Positions 40,719 to 55,099 of a DNA stretch of 64,000 bases are shown piece after piece. The stretch is taken from positions 160,766,001 to 160,830,000 of the forward strand of contig NC_042997.1 of the NCBI RefSeq assembly GCF_006345805.1. Direction: 5' to 3'. How positions within the stretch are numbered: position 1 is the first letter of the stretch; every line of letters starts with the position of its first letter. The position numbers and the translations under genes are program-made. The notes below the pieces were generated by a model that made no database searches, was not told the DNA's origin, and saw only the letters and a list, made by a program, of their open reading frames with translations. This DNA comes from Octopus sinensis. Taxonomy: Eukaryota.

Positions 40719-41901
40719 CCTATATATTTTGTATTACGAATCTTATGAGAGAAACGTGACGGCATTGTCTTAACAAAATTCGGCAAGTAACTCTCCGTGC
40801 GTATTTGCGTGAATCAAATGTTAAGACAATTTAAGAACAATATGATCTGTCTTGATACAAGTTAAGTTTATCACAGATATTTATTGATCAACACGATATC
40901 CTTAATTAGTAGATGTAAAAACAAGTCTAATTCATTTGTGCTAAGACAGTACAAATTTCTTGAGTTGTTAAGAAGTGAACGAATCAAGCAATAAATTTGA
41001 TACTTGTAAATCAATAATAGTGCAAGAATGTATTTGTTCGAAGCGAAATGTACTGGTTACATAGATTTCTATTTGTAGATTATACTTAATTTAGACAACT
41101 TTTAGAAAGTTTCGGCTCCTCCGACATTGATGAAGTCAAATAAAGATCGCATTGTTTCTTCTACTTTGGCTGGTCTGTTTATCTTATTTATTTGATATTT
41201 TTGTTTTTACTCATTTAAATGTATTAAATATAATATTCGAGTTATAATGACACTTACGTTCTTGTGACGCAACTCCGTCAGTTCATCATATCCTTCAATG
41301 AAGTAATTGTATATGTGCGCACACGCGTATGTATGTGCGTGTGTGTGTGTCTTTATGTGTGCGTTATTTGCTCCTGTGCGTATATGTGTGTGTATGTGTG
41401 CATATGCAAATCCCTGTAAGCGTGTGTCTGTTTGTGTGTGTGTCTGAGTATTCGTATGTGTTCAGGTATATTTGTTCGTAATTTAGTCACAACTCTTCAT
41501 TAAGAAAGTTGTTTTGAATGTATGTGTGTGTGTGTATGTACATATATATATATATATATACTGTTCGTTATATGCTCCTGTGCGTGTATGTGTGTGCATG
41601 TGTACATGTGCAAATCACTGTACGCATCTGTTTGAGTATTTGTATGTGTTCAGGTATATTTGTTCGTAATTTAGATATGCATATATATGTATGAACGTAT
41701 GTATATGTATATGTGATATGTATATGTACATATATATATATATATATAATATATATAATATATATAATATATATATATCATATAAACACGTGCAAGTATA
41801 TATACATACATATATAGACATAAATGCACATAATACACATGTATGCACATACATTACATACATACAAATGTACATAGATATATAAAATATATACATACAC
41901 T

Positions 41902-41933
<32 letters not shown>

Positions 41934-42082
41934 TGTATGTATGTTCGTACGTAAACATACCTAGCAGCCCATTGGCGAATTTTAAAGAAAAGGTAAGAAT
42001 ATTTAAATTTCATTTGTAACGAATTCATCATCGGGAGGTGGAGACAATTAGTAGAATTTTCGAATGGGTGTGTCGTGTATAC

Positions 42083-42096
42083 GTATCCATGGTAAC
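42083..42096. promoter_or_regulatory. RFX X-box-like site GTATCCATGGTAAC
   Basis: Matches the GTHNYY-AT-RRNAAC X-box consensus at every position; lies in unique sequence. Confidence 0.35.
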
Positions 42097-42639
42097 GATT
42101 CCGTCGTTGCGTCGTTCAAATTAAGACATTTTACACCACAGTTAATTTTAAATGATCATCGAGCTGGAATGTTGCTTGTTAAATGAGGGACAAAAATCCA
42201 ATGGAGACTGATTTGCGTGTTAAATTTAATTAAACAAAGCATCTGATGAAAATAAACTTGTTAAGGAAAGCCGAGAAGATTTGTGTGTGTTCTTTGTATG
42301 TTTGTTCTTGGTTTGTTTACTGGGTTCTTTCAGTCGCCAACCTCCGATTTATGAAGACTTAACTGTCCTCGAGATTGTTCCACGCCCATATTTCTACATC
42401 CCTATTTACGTATGAACTCATCTAGTGTGTCCTTACTGATATATATGTATGTGTATATATATGTATGTATGTATATATATATTATATATATATATATATA
42501 TATAATCTATCTATATATATATATATATGTGTGTTGTGTGTGTGTGTGTGTATGTATATATATATATATATATAAATGGCGGTGCCCCAGCATGGCCACA
42601 GCTCATGAGCTGAAACTAGAATCAATCAATCATAATATA

Positions 42640-42682
<43 letters not shown>

Positions 42683-42799
42683 CATATACATATACATATA
42701 CATACATGCATACATACATATACATATATATACATCCATATTGCTTATCTATATATATATGTATATACATTCATATTGCATATATATATATATATATAT

Positions 42800-42848
<49 letters not shown>

Positions 42849-42868
42849 CATATATATATATATATATC

Positions 42869-42912
<44 letters not shown>

Positions 42913-44125
42913 TATATATAGATTAGATTAGAGACAGACAGGCAAAATGACAGGCAAACAGAATGACAGACAGACAAATAGATTTGTGCGTATCCGTGTG
43001 TGTGTGTGTGTGTGTGTTAGTATGAAGTTATGTATAGATGCATGAGTGCATGTATAAAATCATTTTTGTATTTAATGTTTTTATTCAGTTGTTCATTATG
43101 AAGTATTGTTCATTTATAGCATCTCTCTTCACATTGTTATCGATTCATAAAAGTTGCCTTAACGTTCTCTTTTGTAAATGCTATAAATCAGTGAGGCTCA
43201 CTAGTTTGTCGTATGCGGTTGTGTGTCATGTATGCCTTTCACGAGAATATTATTGATATATTGGAAAAGGTTCCAACTGACAAGTAACACCGAACCTTTG
43301 TAGTTTTATTAGCTAAAAACTTACTGCTGCACACGGACTGAATATTTAACAGGAGAGTTCATAGGAAAGGTGAATAACCTCAATTGTATTATCAGTTAAG
43401 TAACTAGTGCTTCCAGTCTTGCTCATCGTCAGACGGTGAAGAAAAATCAAAACAGCGTTGTTCAACGCTAGTAACTGGCTCTTCAACTCTACTATAAAGG
43501 GTCAGGCAACTCTGTCCAAGGATAGATTCGGTTCAGTGTTGTGACAGACTACTTTTCAGTATTTTGCTATGTATGATTACGCTCTGGGTTCGAATTTCGC
43601 TGAAGTCATTTTTCCAGGATTCGGAAAAAACAAATGGTTGTTTTAGTAGTGATGCCAGTATAAACGTTTATATCCTACCCCAAACATTTGCGGGCTTGCG
43701 CTTTTGATGGAAATCAATATTGCATGGTTAAAGCTTCTAGTTATTGTTGATATTGGTGGTAGTTTTGCGCCAAGTTAGTCCTGATCCAGTATTCCTCAGA
43801 TCAAGATGTTTCCGTTATATTCTTCATGTTTGTTTAGATCCTATCGTCCTGCAGCGGCTGTATCGTTGGCACTCCTACACCTGGTGATTCTTACTGGAAG
43901 TCGAGTCATTGTTTAAGTTGTAGTATCTAAAAATGAAACTGGTGAAAGAAAGAGAGAGCGAGAAAGAGAGAATAAGGAGAAATACAAAGAAGTGTCGGAC
44001 TTTGTACCCTAGCGTGTGTTTCTAATATCACTAAAAAAAGAACCATTCCTTTCAAAACTTGCCAATTGTCCCTCTAACACTCAACCCCCTCCACAAACAC
44101 ACGCTTTACAATTGAATTTTCTTCA

Positions 44126-44160
<35 letters not shown>

Positions 44161-45984
44161 GATCTTCTTCCCTCACTCGCTGATTCTGAAGATTGCAGAT
44201 GATTGAGATTTACTTCTCTAAAATATATTTTACTAAATTACCGACCAGCTACTCCTCGAAATACATATTAACAAAAGCCAATATCTCCCCGAATTTCATT
44301 GTTCGCCATCAATGGTTTAGTAGTTGAAATAAGTGCGGTGCCACTGACTGAAGAATTTGTATCTTTTATCTCTTACTTATTTCAGTCATTGAACTGCGGC
44401 CATACTGGAATAACGCCTTGAAGGGTTTTAGTCAAATAGATCCCCTCCACTAGTTATTTTTAAGTCCTATACTTATTGTATCGGTCATTTTTACGGAACT
44501 GCAAAATTTCGGGGACGTGAACAAACCAACACTGGTTGTCAAACGTCGGTGATACACACACACACGCACGCACGCTCGCACGCACATGCACATACACACA
44601 CACATATATATTTTTCAGGCGTGGGTATATGATAAGCTTGCTTCACAACCATATGGTTCCTGGTTCAGTCCCATTGCGTGGCACATTGATCAAGTCTCTT
44701 CTACATCCTCGGGAAGACCAAAGTCTTGTGAGTGGATTCAGTAGAACTTAGCGGTTCGGCAAAACAGACAAATGGAATAAATACCAGGCTTAAAAAGAAA
44801 AAAAGTACTGGGGTCGATTCATTCACCTAAAAATTGTTTTAGGCTCTGCCCCGGCATGATCGCAGTCTGATGATTGAAACAAGTAAAAGATAAAAGATAT
44901 ATGTACATATGATGGGCTTCTACACAATTTCCGTCCTGGAAGGTATTAGTCGGATCGGAGAAATATTGTAGATGGTACTTGCTCGAAGTATCACTCAGTG
45001 GTACTGAATCATGTAATTGAAAACCAAGCTTCTTAACTGTTGATATTGGCGCTAGAACTACATCAACATTTAGGAATGAAATGGATGTAACAAATTTCGC
45101 CACGCATTTTCCCGCCACTCCACCAGTTATGCTAATCCACTAGTCCAATACAATTTAATATTATTAACGACAAGCTAATGTTACGTTTGATCATTTATAT
45201 AGGTTGACTTGGCCTTCACCGTTTCCTCTCTAACGATTAAATCATTTAAAATATCCATAATTCTCCTGTATGGTTTGATTATCGTTTTCGATTAAATTAG
45301 CTTCAAGCTTACATGAAAAGAAACCATCTTTAATTTTTGCATCTTCCTTCATAGTGTGGGTCGCGTTTACTGAAAGAGAATAATAAGATAAAAACATAAA
45401 TAGGATATGTGTGTTGTGTGTGTGTGAGAGGAGAGAGAGAGAGAGAAGAGAGTAAGTTTGAATGAATGAATGGATATGTGCGTTTGTGTAGTTTTGCATA
45501 TACTTCTACTAAACAGCTACAGCCAATGAAATCAGTACTGGCATACTATCGCTCTCTTTTGCCGAACCGCTATGTTATGGAGACGTAAACACACCGGTTG
45601 CAAAAACTCCGGTTGTCAAGTAGTGGTGGAGGACAAACAGATACAAGCACACACACCACACACAGGTGTGTTTGCGTGCGTGCGTGTGTTTGTGTGTGTG
45701 TGTGTGTGTGTGTTACGCTGCTGCACTCACGATCTAGCGATCGTAACTTCGATTCACTGGCTGGTTGGCGCGTTGTATTCTTGAGCAAGACACTTCACTT
45801 TACGTTGCTCCAGCCCAATCCCCCTTTCGATCAGTAGGGAATGTTGGCCTGCTCACCTAGCCAGCAGAATGGCTTTATTTGGAGGTTAAATCAATGCAAA
45901 ACGCATTGTGATTAGCGATGTGTAACAACACCTGGTCAATCACGTGATCACGTGATATATATATGTGTATATAAAAATATATAT

Positions 45985-46030
<46 letters not shown>

Positions 46031-46243
46031 ATATAATATATATATATATATATATACATACACACACATACATACCTACATATATACATACATATAATAT
46101 TTCGCTTAGGCATATCGAGACTATAACCTGGTGTAAAACTCAATATACGTATGGTCCAGAAAACAATGTTATATGAGTATAGAGGTAATAGAAAACAAAG
46201 AGATGACACCGGAAAAGGCAAATGTTATGTAATGAAATTCATT

Positions 46244-46324
46244 AGCTTACAGCTGTTTCTGGTATAAGACGTGGTGGACTCTTAGTTGCGAATCAAGATA
46301 ACGTCTTATAGCTTCGTCAGAACT
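46244..46324 (-). ncRNA. Type I hammerhead motif inside an inverted duplication (46188-46261/46412-46485)
   Basis: agtt-CTGACGA-[agc TATAAGACG/CGTCTTATA cca]-GAAA-CAGCTG-TA-agct. Palindromic stem III ACAGCTGT with a GUA site; the base of stem II is degenerate. Confidence 0.6.
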
Positions 46325-46490
46325 TTGAATATGAAGTATATATTATTTGGGAAAGTTACATTTTCAGAACATACAGGCGTCGTGAGTGAGAAAGCTTGTG
46401 CTGATGGCTAGCAGAAACAGCTGTAAGCTAATGAAGTTCATTACATAACATTCTTTTTTTTCCGGTGTCATCTCTTTGTTTCTATATATG

Positions 46491-46563
<73 letters not shown>

Positions 46564-46698
46564 GTATGTATGTATGTATGTATGTATATATATATATATA
46601 TACATATAGATAGATAGATAGATTATAACCCACAAAAAACCTACATACATGCATACATATATGCAACATACATACTATAATATTTGTATATATATATA

Positions 46699-46747
<49 letters not shown>

Positions 46748-47653
46748 ATAATATTCAGTTGAATTAGGTACTTAAACTGATGCACCTTGCTAGTATAGTC
46801 CGCACACTTCAACAATATTACTTGAATATTGAATATCAACACTCCGTGTTTGATGCTTACGCAGCCATCTAAAGAGAGCGGTTTCTTTCAAACTGATGTA
46901 ATGTTCTTATTAATCAATTAAATGAAACGGCCGTAAGGAATTGACACCTGTACATCTTTGTTACTTATTTATGAGTGTATATATATATATATATACAACG
47001 GGTTTCTTTCAGTTTCCATCTGTCAAATCCATTTACAAGGCATTGGACAGCCCGAGGCAATAATAGAAGACCCTTGCTCAGGGTACCACCTGGAACACTA
47101 TGGTTGGGAAGAAGCAAGCTTCTTACCACACAGCCACGGCTATACCTTTGGCGAGATTGTAATGATGAGGTAACATGGGCTTTGCCCAGCTTCGAACTCA
47201 TAAAATTGACGAACGTAACTAAATATAGAAACAGATTATGTTCTTTTATATGTTTCATATTGTGTAGCACGAAATTTTAAATATTTACTGAAATATTCAG
47301 AATAACATCAGTAAAAATCAGTTTACCTTCATAGAAAACATATCTGTATTTAGTTATGTTCCTCTATTTTGTAAGTTTGGATCTAGATAAGGCTGTCGTC
47401 AGCCATTTTCACCATTACGACCTTTGCATAGATTAAGTACAAATAATTTATAGGGATCTGATTTCATTCACTGCAGCTGTCTGGTTATAGACATCCGCTG
47501 TTAACTGTCGTATTTACTTGTATACACATTATGTTAACGAACGCATTTGTACTCAGTTAACTTATTATTACTTCTATCCACATATATACATAGATTCATG
47601 TACATATATGTTTATCTAACTATCTATCTAGCTATCTCTCTCTCTCTCTCTCT

Positions 47654-47686
<33 letters not shown>

Positions 47687-47939
47687 AATATATATATATA
47701 TTACTTGCTTCAGTCATTTGACTGCGCCCATGCTAGAGCTCCGCGTTTAGTCGAATAGATTCTCTGTAAGCCTAGTACTTACCCTATCGGTCTCTTTTGC
47801 CGAACTGCTAAGTCACAGGGACGTAATCACACCAACATCGGTTGTCAATCGACAGTGGGGGAGGGGCAAACACAGACAGACACACACAAATATATTCATA
47901 AACCTTTTCTATTTCCTCTCCCTGTTTATTTCTGTGTTC

Positions 47940-47975
47940 CTTTCTGTCGAAGAGCGTAGGCTCGAAACATAAAAG
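47940..47975 (+). ncRNA. Minimal hammerhead-like motif with CUGUCGA core variant
   Basis: cttt-CTGTCGA-A-GAGC-gtag-GCTC-GAAA-CATA-aaag. Confidence 0.5.
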
Positions 47976-48427
47976 ACTTTCTCACTTCCCGAGCGTTAAA
48001 CTAATACATCTGCTTTTTGTCTACACACCCATCTACGTCTTTTGTTTTTGTTTTGTAAATTCTCACTACACCAACACCACACACACACACACACACACAC
48101 ACAACACACACACACTTATATATTATGTATATATATACGTGTATATGTATGCATATATAAATGTGTGTGTGTGTGTATAATATATATATATATATATAAT
48201 ATATATATATATATATAATATATTATATATATATATATAATTGTGCAGTTGCTTATTGGAAGAATATATCTTCAAAATAGATGTATCTTCGCATACACAT
48301 GTGTATGCATACATAAATACAAATAGGCATAATCTACGTACATATTTACAGGCATATATATACTTAGCCATTTGCATATATAAATGTGTGTGTGCGCGCG
48401 CATATGTGTGTGTTTGTACATATATAG

Positions 48428-48577
<150 letters not shown>

Positions 48578-50637
48578 ATATGTATGTATGTATGCATGGA
48601 GAAGTCTTGGTGATGCATGTAGAACGTACGAATTAATAAGTTCCCTTGTCTTTCCTTAATTCCAAATAAGGCTCAATGGGCACATGTGTACACAGCCACA
48701 GACGTACGCACATCCAAAGATAATTATGGGAGTTACGGAACTACAAAAACAAAATCGATAAATTAGACATATGGAAGCGTAATTAGTTTTACTGTTAAGG
48801 AACCTCGTCTTAAAACACATATTTTGAAGAAGAAAAAAGAAACTCATATCTCAAAAGTTTTCTACATCAAGGAACACGGCTATCTGTTCATATATACATA
48901 CTTACATACTCTTTCTCTTTCTCTCTATCTCTATTTATCTACTTATCAACCTCTTTTTTCTCTCCCTTTATTTCGCACACACATAAATACACACATGCAC
49001 ACACATACGCTCGCATGCACACACACGCAAATATATGTGTATATACTTATATATGTATATAGATGCGTAAGTGTGTGTGTGTTCTCTTATATGCATTCCC
49101 ACATCCATAATATAGATATAAATATACATATATACACACACACACACAAATACATATATATGTATAAATATAGATACATCAAAAGAGTATGCATTTGCAT
49201 GGCTATAATGTGTGTGTGTGTCTAAGTCTACTTAAATATACATAATCTATATATATACAAGCATATTTATACCAAAAGATATAAGATGCAAACTAATGTA
49301 AATTCGTATGCACCACGTGTATAGCAATTTGTTGAAGCAAAATTCTATCGTTGAATCACGCAATGCACTTATACACACATACACACATACACACAGGCAC
49401 ACACACACACACATTCACTCACATATACACATCCATACATACACATACACAGATACGCGCGCAAGCGTAAAGTCAAGTGTAAGTATTGCGTTCAGATGTA
49501 GATATATACACATCTACTCACTATTATTTTCTCACACAAGCATACAAACACACACGTATATAATATATATATATATATATACATACATATATACATACAC
49601 ACATGCACATCTATGCATGAATCTGTTTCATTACAAAGAAAAACTAAAAACGAAGAAGGGGGAAAAAAGACAAGAAAATTCGCCCACAACAAAACCAAAT
49701 ATTCCCAGCTTACAGAATCATCATACACACATTGTAATTGTGAAATAATAACGGTAATAACAAATGCACACTTCGCTCGCACATTCTATAATATTTTCCA
49801 CTCGGAACTAACATTTCGTTCGACTGGAAATTCAGAATAATTTTGATATGAATCCAAAATGATGAAGCAATTTTTGCAATCATCTACAATCTACGAGAAC
49901 ATTTGATAATTACGCCCGTATCTTTTTCTCTCCCACTAATGATAGTGCGACATGGTGGTTCGGAAACTAAGTTTCTTGTCTTGTCTGATCTGATCGGGAT
50001 TCCATTCGCTCGCTTAAGTGAGTTAAAACTGATGACTAAATAGAACTTTCCTATTGAAGACAATAAAAGCAAAAACGGGAAATGAGGAATGTCATGTATG
50101 GATATAAGGATGAGAAAGGAAACATACAAACTTCCACTAAAACTTGATCTAAGGTAACCTCTTTTTGTAAATGTAGTGAATGCAAGCTTATAAATATAAA
50201 GACGTGTGTGTGTGTGAGAGAGAGAGAGAGAAGAGAGAGAGAGCCAGACAGACGTGTGTGCGCGTGCGAGAGCACGCGTTTGTGCGTATGTATATATATA
50301 TATATACTTTCACGTACTCTCTCTCTCTCTCTCTCTCCTCCATCTCCCTTTCTCTGTTTATATATACACACACACACACAGAGTTTCGGTTAGAATTGAC
50401 CTAGGTCATAGCTAACTCAGTAATACCACCTGCAGAAAATATATCTTTTTTCTTTTTTATGATACAGCAATACTTTGGGCACCATAACCTATTTGAATAA
50501 AGAATTATTGTTTGCAATCTGGATGTGGAGGATTTATCTGGAATTTGTAGGAGGAATTCGTTCATGAGCCGTCCATAATAGTTCTGTGTTAGTCTTTGAT
50601 GTGTATATATTCGCCGTGTTCCTTGATGTAGAAAACT

Positions 50638-50862
50638 TTGGTGTGCTTACGGCCCCGTAACTTGGCAATTCGGCAAAACAGAGATCGATAAAGTAAGAAC
50701 TAGGCTTACAAAGAATAAGTCCTGGGGTCAATTTCTTCGACTAAAACCCTCTAAGACGGTGCTCCAGGATGGTTGTAGTCAAATGACTGAAACAAGTAGT
50801 AAAAAATTAAAAGAGTATATGTATATGTATATATATATATTTCTTCGACGACTAAAACCCTC

Positions 50863-50898
<36 letters not shown>

Positions 50899-50924
50899 TA
50901 TATATATATATAGTATATATATAT

Positions 50925-50967
<43 letters not shown>

Positions 50968-51160
50968 TACCTATTACATATACTCTTTTAATTTTTTACT
51001 ACTTGTTTCAGTCATTTGACTACAACCATCCTGGAGCACCGTCTTAGAGGGTTTTAGTCGAAGAAATTGACCCCAGGACTTATTCTTTGTAAGCCTAGTT
51101 CTTACTTTATCGATCTCTGTTTTGCCGAACTGCCAAGTTACGGGGCCGTAAGCACACCAA
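50638..51160. repeat. 186-bp near-perfect inverted duplication of a SINE 3' half around a (TA)n spacer
   Basis: 50638-50823 is the reverse complement of 50975-51160 with one mismatch seen. Both arms carry the same private variants. Confidence 0.85.
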
Positions 51161-51212
51161 CATCGGTTGTCAAGCGATGGGGGAGGGACAAATACAGACG
51201 CAAAGATATATG

Positions 51213-51244
<32 letters not shown>

Positions 51245-51446
51245 CACATACGCACACACACATATATATATGTATATATACAGCAGGCTTCTTTCAGCCT
51301 CCGTCTACCAAATCCACACACAAAGGCTTTGGTCAGCCCGAGGCTATAGTAGAAAACACTTGCTCAAGATGTCATGCAGTGGGACTTAATCCGGAACCAT
51401 GTGATCGGAAAGCAAGCTTCTGACCACACTGTCATGCCTGCGCCTA
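50975..51446 (-). mobile_element. Long SINE family copy (source of the inverted duplication)
   Basis: Colinear with 550-951 and includes the head. Confidence 0.8.
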
Positions 51447-51457
51447 TTGTGTGTGTG

Positions 51458-51529
<72 letters not shown>

Positions 51530-51902
51530 TGTATGAATCAGCCAAAATGTAAGAGGTATATAGTCCGATTCTCTGCAACGATTCGTTGACCACTTCTTTC
51601 CGACTATAAATGTATTTTATCCGAATCTCCAAGCAGTTTTTCTTCATTTCTAAAATACCAACTCAATCGGCGCTTCAGTATTTGTTTATGAAAAACTTTC
51701 TCAAATTTCAAAGACTCTTCTTTAGTGTTATAAGTGACGGGACTGAGAGATGTATGGTTCGATTCTCTGAAGCAGCTTGCAGGCCACATTTTTTTCTGTC
51801 TGTCTTCCCGAAGTTTTCACAGCTTTCTCGTTCGTTCGAGATTTCCACCATTTCTAAAATACCAGCTCACTCGGTGTGTCAATGTTTTCTTTTATATATA
51901 TA

Positions 51903-53000
51903 CTAGATGTACTCGTGACCTGTTGGGTCAAACCACTCCAAGTTGAAAATGTCGATAAAGAAAAAAATACTATTTCAAACTCCATGCAATAAAATTCTTA
52001 AATACTACAGTTCTCCTGCTTTTAACGTGACAACATAAACACGACCAAGTGTTTCTTCTTTGAAAACATTCGAATGGCCTTCAACCTTTTTCCTCGCATT
52101 CGTCTTTGCCATTCTTCGTTACTACTGTTTCAAGTGAGATAGATACTTCAGCATAATGCAATGTTTTTGCAAAGTCATCATTGGTGCACAATGAAAAGAA
52201 TTCTGTCAATGTTGTTCTCATATGTCGTTCATTTGACAGCCATATATATATCCTCATTATTTCTGATTGTTCATCTGGTAGATGAACTTGCAGTCTCACT
52301 ATTGCAGGTACACTTTCATGAATTGAAAATCCTAAAATAGATACAACTACTTTGGATGGTCCAATATACCTACCCATTAGATATTGATTAAGTTCGTTAT
52401 CATTATTTATTTGAACGACAGCTTGGTCATTTCTTTGATGACGTACTTAATTTACCTCACTGAGGCAAGGATTTCAACGTTGCAGTGGCATTTGAATACT
52501 CTTAAAAGAGTTTCATTATAAAGTACAACCCATTTGTTGTTGTTTGTTTACCCATTCTTATGAGATTCAACTCCTCCCATTGCAACTAATCTTCATCTAT
52601 AAAGTTATAGTCTCTCTGTCTGTTTTTTTTTTTTGCTACCTTATGATTAAGATGATAAAGATTTATATTTTATTTTAAATAAAATAGAAATTTTTCCCCT
52701 TGAAGAAACAAAATCAAGTGCCCGTGATTCAAAGAATATCCCATAAAAATATAGGGAGAATTTCTAACTTTCAGTCCACGGGACTCAAAAGATGTATAAA
52801 TTATTAAGGAAAGAAAAAAGAAAGTAAGAAAAAAGATGACAGACGGTGATAAGTTGGTGACAGCTGTGACGACTCTTTGAAATGTCGACATTTTCAACTT
52901 AATTTTTTTATTCTTAAGGTGCAATTGACAATTTTATTTGTAATCTTTATCATGTTAAACAAATGGCGGGGAAACAGACTTTTAGTTTCAGCATATTATA
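51903..53000 (-). mobile_element. Internally deleted Helitron with a RepHel coding remnant (about 52080-52560)
   Basis: Minus strand encodes KWVVLYN..CHCNVE..IKYVIK..QYLMGRYIG..FSIHE..VRLQVHLPDEQ..TTLTEFF.LC..DDFAKTLHY. The 3' end has hairpin GACC-CAACA-GGTC, then CTAG|T at 51903. The 5' end is approximate. Confidence 0.75.
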
Positions 53001-53392
53001 TATAATATATATAATATATATCTATATATATATATATATATTATATATATATATATATAATATATATATAATATATGCGAAAGGGTGCTGAAAAGTTCGT
53101 GGCTCTGGGTAAAAGAGAATACAGGAGGATCAATTAATTATGTTTTTATTCAACATATTCCCCTCTTATTGCAGCAGTCCTTCAGTTTTTCTAAGCCCTG
53201 TAAAAGAACTTTCCAGACGTATAAGTACATATGTGCATATCTAGACATGCATAAAACAAAACATACAAATCTGCACGTGCACTAGTTCCAAATACACATA
53301 CATGCACAAATTCCAATGAAGGAGACTTGGGTCTAGGTTAGAAACCTGCTCTTCCACTATTGGAAAGAAATCTTGAAATAAAACTGAATAAT

Positions 53393-53585
53393 GGCAGAAT
53401 CGTTAGCACGCCGGGGAAAATGCTTCGCGGCATTTCGTCCGTCTTTACATTATGAGTTCAAATTCTGTTGACTTTGCCTTCCATCATGCGGGGTCGATAA
53501 AATAGGTACCAGTTGAACACTGGGGTCAATGTAGTCGACTCATCCCCTCCCTTAAAATTGATGCCCTTGCAACAAAATTTGAAAC
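53393..53585 (+). mobile_element. Short tRNA-derived SINE family copy
   Basis: Colinear with 39294-39510. Confidence 0.75.
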
Positions 53586-53692
53586 CATTATTATTATTAT
53601 CATCATCATCTCATCATCATCATATTTTAAAAAGGATTGACGTAACTCTTCACAAAGGTAAACAGGCAAGACGAAGAGCGCGATTTTATTGG

Positions 53693-54986
53693 TTGAGCGA
53701 TATTTCAACAGTAAGTCTGTCTTTGTCAAGTTCAAAAAAAAGAGGTGATAAAAATTCAAAATCATAGAAATTTAAATTTGAAATGAACGAGAGCAACCAG
53801 CGTCCACAAGTTGATGGAATGACATCAGTCTTTAAGTTTCAATTTTATAGCAAGCGAAAAGAAAAAGACAGAAAAAAAGAAGGCAGAAAAAATGAGGAAA
53901 GAAAAAAAGAAAAGGAAAAAGAAGAATATTTAATCAAACAGTTTGTATAATTTTGATGATATTCTCTTGTCATTTTATTCATTCCTCCAGGGCGTGGTGT
54001 TAATAACCCGCAAACATATTTCTCCTCGTGCACTCTGAGAAGTGAAAGTGAAGTAGATTTAGACTATTTTCTGAGAATATGCAAATGAAATAGCTAAGAT
54101 TAGCAAAGATAGTCAAACCTTCACGCATAATTTTAGCAAGCAATATAATAGATGACAGAATTCTTTTAGTGATTACTGGCACCGAAATTTCGCTGGCATT
54201 TCAAAAAATGTTGCATGAAAGTTACCAGCATGTGACGAAAAAATATCCTCGTTTCAAACAGATATTTCCTCAGCCACCTATTGTAGCCTTCAGACCGAAT
54301 AAGAATATAAGAGAATTATTGACCTTTATTTCTGACTCCAAGAAAACGAACATTGTGCAACAACATGAGTCAAGTGAATTCCATCAAGAATCATAACAGA
54401 AATATTATAAATTATACAGATGGTGGTGCATGTAGAGATTCCCATTTGGTGTACGCTGCAGAATGCAAGAAACACAACATGATTTATATTGGTTGTACAA
54501 CAGAACAATTAAACAAAAGGTTTAATGGGCACAGATTCGACGTCAGGCATGTCAATAACAGTAGTTCGACAGAACATTTCGTTTCAAACGGCTGCAATTT
54601 TGAAAAATATTTGAAAATGCAGCACATCCTGAGAAAATATTCTGAATCTACTTCACTTTCACTTCTCAGAATGCATGAAGAGAAATATGTTTGCGGGTTA
54701 TTAACATCACACCCTTGAGGAATGAATAAAATGGCAGGAGAATATCATCAAATTTATACAAAACTGTTTGATTAAATATTCTTCTTTTTCCTTTTCTTTT
54801 TTTCTTTCTTTTCCTTTTCGCCTGTTATTAACTTGAAGCTTAAAGACTGATGACGTCATTCCATCGACGTTTGGATGCTGGTTGCTCTCGTTCATACTTT
54901 AAATTTAAATTTCTATAATTTTGGATTTTTATCACCTCTTATTTTGAACTTGACAAAGACAGACTTACTGTTGAAATATCGTTCAA
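53693..54986 (+). mobile_element. Penelope-like element remnant (linker plus GIY-YIG endonuclease) with inverted terminal duplication
   Basis: FKQIFPQPPIVAFRPNKNIRELL and LVYAAECKKHNMIYIGCTTEQLNKRFNGHR are PLE linker and GIY-YIG patterns. 53693-54075 is a diverged reverse complement of 54629-54986. Confidence 0.8.
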
Positions 54987-55000
54987 GTAATATTATATTA

Positions 55001-55050
<50 letters not shown>

Positions 55051-55099
55051 CAGGCATCTTTTGTACGGACACGTCTTTTCGCAGCTCATCTCATTGACA

